From sequence record NC_031039.1: a stretch of DNA of 64,000 nucleotides; one strand, 5' to 3'. Below, in pieces: positions 18,194 to 25,187 of the stretch (position 1 is its first letter; every line of letters begins with the position of its first letter). The position numbers and the translations under genes were made by a program. The notes under the pieces were generated by a model. That model worked only from the letters and a program-made list of their open reading frames with translations, ran no database searches and was not told the origin of the DNA.

Positions 18194-18961
18194 ATGACAA
18201 ACAATTTATACCAAAAACATAATTATCTAAATAAAAGAATTAGTTATCTCAAGAATAATATTATAAGAGAATATGATATGACCAATGCTGGCGTCAATAT
18301 TCTACGGAAAAATAATGTTATTACGGAAGAAGAATATCGACATTTAAATTCAATGGAAAAATTAAAAAAGAATAAAACAGTTGGCTTGTTCTTAAAAAAG
18401 AATCCTGATATTAGTGAAGCATTGATCAATGAGTTTGTTTTAATTAGGAAAGAGTTATTTGAGAAGAATAATATTGATGATGATGATATCTTATCAATTA
18501 AAAAAGATGCAGTTTTTATCATTAATAAAAAGTTAACCAATTTAGAATTAAACGAATATTATAAATTCCAAGAAAAGAATAGGTATATTAGTTATATTAA
18601 TATTGATAATAAAGAGTTTTATTATAAATCAGATAGAACTCTAGATATTAAGGGTTATAGTAAGGAAATAAAGGAATTCCATAAAGATTACTTATTTAAA
18701 GATTTAGAAGAACTTCTTTTCCTAGATACACATAATGAAGAAAATGCACTATTTGAGAAATTAATACAACTTAAATATAATTTCGTAACCAGAGAATTAC
18801 CTTATCAGTACTATCTAGATTTAATTTATGGTAAATATTTATATGGTATTTTAAATCATATGTATTACTTGGACGAAATAACAGAAGATTTAAAAAAATA
18901 TGTTCTAATCAATAACAACCTTAATTTCTTACTTAGGGTGATAAATATTCTATTAAAATGA
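18194..18961 (+). CDS. Small polymerase-palm-like protein (PolA / TV-Pol-like)
   Basis: EYDMTNAGVNIL (motif A-like), IKKDAVFI (motif C-like). Confidence 0.5.
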   Translation: MTNNLYQKHNYLNKRISYLKNNIIREYDMTNAGVNILRKNNVITEEEYRHLNSMEKLKKNKTVGLFLKKNPDISEALINEFVLIRKELFEKNNIDDDDILSIKKDAVFIINKKLTNLELNEYYKFQEKNRYISYINIDNKEFYYKSDRTLDIKGYSKEIKEFHKDYLFKDLEELLFLDTHNEENALFEKLIQLKYNFVTRELPYQYYLDLIYGKYLYGILNHMYYLDEITEDLKKYVLINNNLNFLLRVINILLK

Positions 18962-19002
18962 TTAAAACAGTAGACTGAAACTCTACTGTTTTAATCGTTA
19001 TA

Positions 19003-19458
19003 TTATTTTACTTTTTTTATAGTTGTTCTATTAAGTTCCACTGTAATCTCAGCAATTCGATTATATACCAAAACAGTAACAAAATCAGTTAAATCCCGAA
19101 TATAGACACTTAAACTTTCTTTATAAGGTTCTGATAGTTGTTGCATTACACTATGAGTAGTCTCAGCAGTTATTTTTATAAGAATATCATCATTTAATAA
19201 AGATAGACTAGTAGATCTTCTTTGATATGGGATTAATTTTAAATCTCTAGATTTGTTACAAAAATAATCTACTAAAAACATTAGATATTTAGTATCTGAC
19301 TCAAAATCTTTATTAGCTAATTTTTTTTCTATGTTCCCATTAATAGAATTTAATCCCTTACTTTTATCTAAAGTACCTACAATCTTAATCATAAATTTAG
19401 CGAAAAAAAGAATAACAAAAAGGTTTAACAGTACAATTAAAGCAATTAATAGTTCCAT
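19003..19458 (-). CDS. Membrane-anchored hypothetical protein
   Basis: ATG 19458 with SD GGAGG; N-terminal TM helix. Confidence 0.75.
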   Translation of the reverse strand: MELLIALIVLLNLFVILFFAKFMIKIVGTLDKSKGLNSINGNIEKKLANKDFESDTKYLMFLVDYFCNKSRDLKLIPYQRRSTSLSLLNDDILIKITAETTHSVMQQLSEPYKESLSVYIRDLTDFVTVLVYNRIAEITVELNRTTIKKVK

Positions 19459-19501
19459 TGATATTCCTCCTATAAAAAAAAAGAAGGACTCAATGTCCTT
19501 C

Positions 19502-20035
19502 TTATTCTCCATTTCTTATTTTTAAAGCACGTTCTTTATATTCAACAGCAAGACTATCTGCCATTTCTTGGTAGTAAGTATATGGATCATCTTTTAATGT
19601 AATGTTCTTTCCTTTGTGACCTCTTAACCAATTAAACTGCAATATGATACGTTTCCTAGCAAAATAAATTTTATATTCATTTAATAATTTCCATAAATCT
19701 AGATTTTTTATTTCCCCAGAAGAATTTCTCCATCCATTTTTAATCCATTTATTTAATCTATCTCTTGCCCCTAGTATAGTATATTCTGAATCTGATATAA
19801 TTTCAATGACTCCTATTTCATTAGGATTCTTTTCAACAAAATCTTTCATTTCTTTTAACCCTAAAATTACACCCATTAATTCATTATAATTATTTGTTGA
19901 TTTATCAAAAGCTTTTAATCGTTTACCTATTAATTGAAATTCTTCATTTACAAATAATGTTGCACATGTACCAAGAGCATCTGGTTTACCATTATGAAAT
20001 GAAGCGGCATCTGAGAAAATATAAATCTTTTTCAT
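19502..20035 (-). CDS. rnhA: Ribonuclease HI
   Basis: IFSDAA, NNYNELMG, ISDSEY, NWLRGH, EMADSLA catalytic DEDD pattern. Confidence 0.92.
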   Translation of the reverse strand: MKKIYIFSDAASFHNGKPDALGTCATLFVNEEFQLIGKRLKAFDKSTNNYNELMGVILGLKEMKDFVEKNPNEIGVIEIISDSEYTILGARDRLNKWIKNGWRNSSGEIKNLDLWKLLNEYKIYFARKRIILQFNWLRGHKGKNITLKDDPYTYYQEMADSLAVEYKERALKIRNGE

Positions 20036-20070
20036 ATGAATCTCCTCCTAAAAAATATGTATTCATTATA

Positions 20071-20083
20071 ATAATATATATTT
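20071..20083 (-). promoter_or_regulatory. Early promoter AAATATATATTAT
   Basis: Exact motif upstream of rnhA. Confidence 0.85.
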
Positions 20084-20118
20084 GAAACATGTATATGTTA
20101 TTAATAATAATTAAAATA

Positions 20119-20130
20119 AACAATATAATA
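20119..20130 (+). promoter_or_regulatory. Late promoter AACA-N6-TA
   Basis: AACA-ATATAA-TA. Confidence 0.6.
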
Positions 20131-20161
20131 TTTCATAATACTATAAGGATGGTGAGAAAAA

Positions 20162-20866
20162 ATGTTAGTACCAAAGATGAATAATCCAAGTCTTATAAAT
20201 GAAGATGAGTCTTATGAAGTTGTAATTGATTCTATTGATGATCGTGCAGACTTTTTTAATTTTGAAATTACTTCTAATGAGAAGGAAAGACTAAAATTTA
20301 TCAAACGAATTGAAAAGATAATTAGACGTTCATTTGAATATAAAACTTATATTGGCTTTTTAAAAAATGAACTAGATTTGACAAAATGTACTTTCCTTCC
20401 AATGGTAGATACAAAGGAAATTAAAAAAGTTGGTTTAGAATTCCATCACTACCCTTTTACTCTTTTTGATATTGTAAGCATAGTACTAGATGAACATATT
20501 CTTGTTAATGGAGAAAAAAGAATTAATCCATTTGATATTGCTGAAGAAGTCATGGAATTACATTATCAGAATTATATAGGGTTAGTTCCACTTACAAAAA
20601 CTGTTCATGAGCTAGTACACTCTGGAAAGATTTTTGTAAACCTTAACTATGTGTTTGGTAACTATACTAAGTTTATTAATAAGTATGAGTCAGCCAATAC
20701 TGAAAATTTCCAAGTATTATTAGGTAATTTAGAACAACTTAGTCAGAAAGAAGATAGAGAAGGAAGTATTAATGGTGATATCCTAGACAAGAGTCTATTA
20801 AAACTTAATATTAAAGATATTGAAAATCCTAATAAGATTGAAGTAGAAGATGAACTTCTTGCATAA
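20162..20866 (+). CDS. HNH-like (bba-Me) protein, paralog of 32089-32754
   Basis: EFHHYPFTL...GLVPL..TVHELVH.G. Confidence 0.6.
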   Translation: MLVPKMNNPSLINEDESYEVVIDSIDDRADFFNFEITSNEKERLKFIKRIEKIIRRSFEYKTYIGFLKNELDLTKCTFLPMVDTKEIKKVGLEFHHYPFTLFDIVSIVLDEHILVNGEKRINPFDIAEEVMELHYQNYIGLVPLTKTVHELVHSGKIFVNLNYVFGNYTKFINKYESANTENFQVLLGNLEQLSQKEDREGSINGDILDKSLLKLNIKDIENPNKIEVEDELLA

Positions 20867-20925
20867 ATATTAAGTTTTAAAAAATTTATTTCTCTTTTTT
20901 ATTTTAAAAATTACCCTGCATTTCA

Positions 20926-20937
20926 AACAATTTAATA
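20926..20937 (+). promoter_or_regulatory. Late promoter AACA-N6-TA, predicted +1 at 20937
   Basis: AACA-ATTTAA-TA immediately before a GC-enriched non-coding block. Confidence 0.65.
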
Positions 20938-21197
20938 CGTGTGAGAGTAGCATCCTTTCACGATGTTCACACGGAAGGAGATAGTGAGAGGTCTCCTTCT
21001 TACTCAACTGTTCGCAATGTGATTTCTCCATTTAGTACTCTGTGCATACCTCTATAGGTAAACTCTTTATGGGATGATCTTTGTCATTGGTTTTTGTTTC
21101 ACCTCCGCATTAGTCACTGAGAGGTTTACCGATCCTCTTGGTGACAATGTGACTGTTCTAGTTGTTAATGTTGGTGCAATTCCAACAACAGTCACCA
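20937..21197 (+). ncRNA. Putative structured ncRNA ending in a tRNA-like minihelix with ACCA
   Basis: ~42% GC (hand count); several stems; GACTGTT/AACAGTC acceptor-like stem, GTTGG-TGCAATT-CCAAC T-arm, ACCA end. Confidence 0.65.
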
Positions 21198-21426
21198 AAT
21201 CTAAAATATAAAATTAGCTTTTCATTGGCGGAAAACACTTTTTTATATTTAAGAAAATATAACCATCAAACGTTTCTATTCCCTATTAATAGTTAGATGA
21301 TAACGATCTTTCTATTACATCCAATCCGATACTCCTTCTAATTTTTATTGGTCTAATCAATTCTGTTCGCCATTGATTTAACTAATAAGATTTAGAAGGG
21401 GTAAATTATTGAAAGGAATGATTTAA

Positions 21427-21786
21427 ATGAATATAGTACTTGAAGCTTTGCTTCTAAAAAAGTATGAAAAAGAAATTGATGCATTACATACACATTTAAA
21501 AGCTGAAATAGAAAGAGCTATTAATATTTATAAAAATTTAGCTATTGAAGAACTCTTAGATTATAATAAAAATTATGAACTACAAGAAGAATTCTCTTCT
21601 CCGTTTAAAAGTAAGTGGATTAAGAGTATTGAATATCTTACACATTTAAAAAGATCTATGAATCTTGGTCAATTTAATATTCTTAAAGCAGATTTAGATG
21701 AGTTAGATAACCATCTGTCCCATCCAAAATTAAATAGAGACAAGACTATTATTCGTTCTTTAATTGATGAAATATTAAAATTTTAA
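21427..21786 (+). CDS. Hypothetical protein between the ncRNA and the tRNA
   Basis: 119 aa, SD AAAGGA. Confidence 0.75.
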   Translation: MNIVLEALLLKKYEKEIDALHTHLKAEIERAINIYKNLAIEELLDYNKNYELQEEFSSPFKSKWIKSIEYLTHLKRSMNLGQFNILKADLDELDNHLSHPKLNRDKTIIRSLIDEILKF

Positions 21787-21820
21787 TTTCATCATTTTTT
21801 ATAAAAATAATCTTACATTT

Positions 21821-21832
21821 AACATATAAATA
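21821..21832 (+). promoter_or_regulatory. Late promoter upstream of the tRNA
   Basis: AACA-TATAAA-TA. Confidence 0.6.
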
Positions 21833-21862
21833 TGGAATAAATTTTACTCTTCTAGATTTTAT

Positions 21863-21934
21863 TCCCCTTTAGCTCAATGGTAGAGCATCTCACTGTTACT
21901 GAGATGGTTGCAAGTTCGAGTCTTGCAGGGGGAG
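21863..21934 (+). tRNA. trnN: tRNA-Asn (GTT), CCA not encoded
   Basis: Cloverleaf: TCCCCTT/AGGGGGA, GCTC/GAGC, TCTCA-CTGTTAC-TGAGA, GCAAG-TTCGAGT-CTTGC. Confidence 0.96.
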
Positions 21935-21977
21935 TAAAGTCTAGAAGGGTTTTTACTGCCTATTTAGGAGGTCTATA

Positions 21978-22085
21978 ATGTTTAACTTCTTAATAATCTT
22001 ATTTGATATATTTATAATATTATGTATGTTACCGTTTCTATTTATATTTAATTCAATGGGAAAAATGATCCTGCTAAAAAATAGG
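21978..22085 (+). CDS. Small hydrophobic peptide (35 aa)
   Basis: SD AGGAGG; MFNFLIILFDIFIILCMLPFLFIF... Confidence 0.5.
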
Positions 22086-22098
22086 GAGAAAAATATAG

Positions 22099-22434
22099 AT
22101 GTTAAAAAAGATTAGATATTTTATTAAATCAGATGTAGAGTTACATTGTCGTAATATTTGGGAAGATGGAGTTAAAAGGATTGATGGTTTTAATTTTATA
22201 AGTAAGAAACCATTTTCTAATAGTTATCAGTATCATGCACCTCTAACTCTTGAATGTACTTATAGAATGTTAAAACTGATTCAAAGATCTATAAAAGAAA
22301 ATAAGAGATCATTAACTTTTAAAATTAATCATGGTATGTCATGTAGTGAATCTATTACTATATGGAAAGGTAGTTTTAAAAAAGCTGAAAAATTAATGTT
22401 TGATTTAATAGAAAATATTCAAAAACAATATTAA
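22099..22434 (+). CDS. Hypothetical protein
   Basis: 111 aa, SD GGGAG. Confidence 0.75.
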   Translation: MLKKIRYFIKSDVELHCRNIWEDGVKRIDGFNFISKKPFSNSYQYHAPLTLECTYRMLKLIQRSIKENKRSLTFKINHGMSCSESITIWKGSFKKAEKLMFDLIENIQKQY

Positions 22435-22516
22435 TTTTCAAATTAAAAACTAAAATAAGTAAACTAGATATTAGATAATCTAGTTTACTTATTAAATTAT
22501 GGAGTGAGGAGTATAA

Positions 22517-23287
22517 ATGACAATGTTAACGGTTAAACAGAGAATCGGAAATCTACATGATAATATCAATAATGCAAGAAGTAATATAGTAAGTCTCTCA
22601 GACAATATTAATGAAATTAAAGAAATCTACAAGGAAATAAATTCTTCTAAATCATTTTTACGAGATGTTGAACAATTATTGGCTACAAAGTATAATAATG
22701 AGATTAAGAAGATTTTAGAAAGTATTTTTGATAATAAAACTTTAACAGGTTTCCATGAAAATACTGAAACTAATGTAGTTAATGTAAGTCTAAATTTATT
22801 TGATAAAATAACAAAAGATGTTGATGAAGAATTTTTTGATATTAATATATTGGAAATTTTATCTTCACAGAGAATTGAGATTGATTTTGATTCTAGAATT
22901 ATTGAGAATGTTTCAATGAAATCAACTTTGGAATTCATATCTAGTATTATTAGACAGAAGATAGAATCAAAAGAAGTATTAAATATTAGACTAAATCATA
23001 ATTTAAAACGACTGGATAAGAGTATTAAGATCACAAAAAAATCAAGAGAAATCAATCAAGAATCTAAGAATAAAATAAATGAGCAAATTATTGCCAATGA
23101 AATTTATATTACAAAGGCGAATAACTTTATTAAAGAGCCACAGTTAAATATTTATATCCAAAAACTAGAGAAAGAGATAGAATCTAGTATGGAAAAAATG
23201 AAGAACTACTTAGATAGTTATTTTGGAATTGAATTTTTTATTCAAAGTAAAAATAATAGATTAAGTGAGTCATTATCCTCTAATTAG
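22517..23287 (+). CDS. Hypothetical coiled-coil protein
   Basis: 256 aa, SD GAGGAG. Confidence 0.75.
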   Translation: MTMLTVKQRIGNLHDNINNARSNIVSLSDNINEIKEIYKEINSSKSFLRDVEQLLATKYNNEIKKILESIFDNKTLTGFHENTETNVVNVSLNLFDKITKDVDEEFFDINILEILSSQRIEIDFDSRIIENVSMKSTLEFISSIIRQKIESKEVLNIRLNHNLKRLDKSIKITKKSREINQESKNKINEQIIANEIYITKANNFIKEPQLNIYIQKLEKEIESSMEKMKNYLDSYFGIEFFIQSKNNRLSESLSSN

Positions 23288-23292
23288 TTTAT

Positions 23293-23304
23293 AACAATAA
23301 ATTA
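23293..23304 (+). promoter_or_regulatory. Late promoter upstream of the holin
   Basis: AACA-ATAAAT-TA. Confidence 0.6.
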
Positions 23305-23326
23305 AATAAATAAAGGAGGGTTATTA

Positions 23327-23746
23327 ATGACACCTGAACTTATGAATTTAATTTATTGTGTTATTCTAGCAGTAGTTGTATTAGCTGGAGGTTTTGGAGT
23401 TAGTGTCTTCCTAAAAAGACATAAAGAACTAGCTCCAGTCCTTCAAGAAGTAACTAATGCTCTTCCAACTGTATTAGGAGTACTAAAGGCTATTGTGACT
23501 AAGGGTGTTTCACAACATCCTGCGGCTCATGCTTTTGATGTTTTACAAAAAGTGGCTGAAGTTGCCGCTAAAGGTGTAGAGCAAGTGAGTCAAGGTACAG
23601 AGTTGCAATCTGAAGAAAAATTAAAGTTGGCTAAAGAAAACTTCCATGCTATTGCTGAAGGTGTTGGTCTTAAGCCATCTGAACTTGATGAGAAGGCTGT
23701 TGAAACTCTCATTGAGAATGTAGTATTTCATTTCAACAAAAAATAA
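23327..23746 (+). CDS. Holin, LL-H-like family
   Basis: N-terminal TM; AAKGVEQ...EEKLKLA...VETLIENVV pattern. Confidence 0.7.
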   Translation: MTPELMNLIYCVILAVVVLAGGFGVSVFLKRHKELAPVLQEVTNALPTVLGVLKAIVTKGVSQHPAAHAFDVLQKVAEVAAKGVEQVSQGTELQSEEKLKLAKENFHAIAEGVGLKPSELDEKAVETLIENVVFHFNKK

Positions 23747-23753
23747 TAAATTG

Positions 23754-23786
23754 CTCCTATAATCCTAAAAGATTATAGGAGTTTTT
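23754..23786 (+). terminator. Intrinsic terminator
   Basis: CTCCTATAATC / GATTATAGGAG plus T-run. Confidence 0.75.
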
Positions 23787-23799
23787 AAATATATATTAT
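23787..23799 (+). promoter_or_regulatory. Early promoter AAATATATATTAT
   Basis: Exact motif. Confidence 0.85.
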
Positions 23800-23838
23800 T
23801 TCTTTGTAATTAGATAACAAAAATTAAGGGGGAATAAT

Positions 23839-23984
23839 ATGAATATTCAGTACATATTGCGTATAAAGATTATGGAACATTCTACACTCAAATATCTGCA
23901 AAAGATTATAATGATGCTATTTCAAAAATGATCAATAATGCAGTTATGGAAGGAAAGCAAATACTATCTATCAAAGTTTATTAA
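23839..23984 (+). pseudogene. Small gene frameshifted at its start codon
   Basis: SD AAGGGGG + ATG gives 30 aa; a start-less 47-codon frame begins at the G of that ATG and ends at the next RBS. Confidence 0.4.
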
Positions 23985-23996
23985 GGAGTAAAGTTA

Positions 23997-24176
23997 ATGG
24001 CTGTTAATGATACTTTAGGAATGATTATGGGTGTATTATTCATATTCATATTTACTTATGGACTAGTTACTGTTAAAACTAAATTAGAGAAAGCTATATT
24101 CTCAATATTTGCATTGTTATTTATTGGATTCTTTATTTTTAATATTACTATGTTAGTATTGGAAACAACAAGATAA
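23997..24176 (+). CDS. Small two-TM membrane protein (59 aa)
   Basis: SD AAGGAG; two hydrophobic helices. Confidence 0.7.
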   Translation: MAVNDTLGMIMGVLFIFIFTYGLVTVKTKLEKAIFSIFALLFIGFFIFNITMLVLETTR

Positions 24177-24195
24177 AATAAAGGAGTGATTAATA

Positions 24196-24564
24196 ATGGA
24201 ACATTCATTTTGTCCAGAATGTTATGAGATGAGAGATTTTAATGAAGTTTTTGAAGGTGATACTTTTAATATTTATGGGCATGAAATTAAAATTGTTAGT
24301 CGTTTTCTAGAATGCATAGTATGTGGTAAAAAGATTACTGATCCAAAAAGAATTGATGAGAATTTTATTAAAGCTTATACTAAGTATAGGAATGAAAATA
24401 ACCTTCTTCATTCAGAAGAGATAAAAAATATTAGAGAAAAGAAAAACTTATCTCAAGAAGAATTTGCAGAAATACTTGGTTGCTCTAAAAGAACTATTCA
24501 AAGAATTGAAACAGGAGCTTTACAAACTAAAGAACAAGATAAAAAAATAAGAGAATTAGTTTAA
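24196..24564 (+). CDS. MqsA/YgiT-type Zn-finger + XRE HTH protein
   Basis: CPEC...CIVCG plus IKNIREKKNLSQEEFAEILGCSKRTIQRIETG. Confidence 0.85.
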   Translation: MEHSFCPECYEMRDFNEVFEGDTFNIYGHEIKIVSRFLECIVCGKKITDPKRIDENFIKAYTKYRNENNLLHSEEIKNIREKKNLSQEEFAEILGCSKRTIQRIETGALQTKEQDKKIRELV

Positions 24565-24592
24565 ATAACTAATTAATTGGGAGAGAAAACAA

Positions 24593-25081
24593 ATGGCAAT
24601 GACAGTGCAAACAGAGGAATTAATGAAAATGAGAAATTTACGTTCTAGAGACATTCAAGGTAGAAAGGCAATCCTAACTGAAGATGTTGCATTCTTTACT
24701 TCTGTTTCTAGAAATGATAATAGTCTTGTTGTATTTGAAAAAGGAACAGAGGTTATTGGTGTTTATAGAATGACCAATACTGATTTATATATCTTTAGAT
24801 TTAATGGTTTATATAATTTTCCTATTAGATCATATAAATTTGAATGGAAAGACGAAAGAGAAGATGATAATTTATATAATGGGGGAAAAGACTTTACCTA
24901 CTGTACTGAATGTAATGAAGTTCTTAATAGTGAAGATGACTTATATCCAGATATGTGTAATGAATGTGGTACAGAAAAATCATATAATTTTAGAAAACCA
25001 ATGAAATTTAGTAATGATAATGATGAATTTCACGAAATTACCAATTATGAACCAGTAGGATATTCAACTGATAATGACTAA
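24593..25081 (+). CDS. Hypothetical protein with C-terminal Zn ribbon
   Basis: CTEC...CNECG. Confidence 0.75.
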   Translation: MAMTVQTEELMKMRNLRSRDIQGRKAILTEDVAFFTSVSRNDNSLVVFEKGTEVIGVYRMTNTDLYIFRFNGLYNFPIRSYKFEWKDEREDDNLYNGGKDFTYCTECNEVLNSEDDLYPDMCNECGTEKSYNFRKPMKFSNDNDEFHEITNYEPVGYSTDND

Positions 25082-25105
25082 GTAGATAATTCATGGGGAA
25101 TTTAA

Positions 25106-25140
25106 AATAAGAACAATCTTATATAGAGATTGTTCTTATT
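25106..25140 (+). terminator. Terminator containing late promoter motif (25112-25123)
   Basis: AATAAGAACAATCT / AGATTGTTCTTATT plus T-run. Confidence 0.75.
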
Positions 25141-25187
25141 TTTTTTTATTATATGTTTAAAAATTATTTAAATGGGGAGAATTATAA

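Noticed and set aside
20937-21197. tmRNA, RNase P RNA or a complete tRNA
   Set aside because: No G3.U70 Ala acceptor or 5' acceptor strand at the RNA start; GGTAAAC resembles RNase P but GAGGAAAGTCC is absent; only 12 nt between acceptor and T stems
21074-21211. 45-codon ORF MIFVIGFCFTSALV... (also a 19-aa plus ORF at 20963 and a 43-aa minus ORF) as the explanation of the GC-rich block
   Set aside because: No convincing SD; lengths expected by chance at ~42% GC; does not explain the T-arm/ACCA geometry. Not fully excluded
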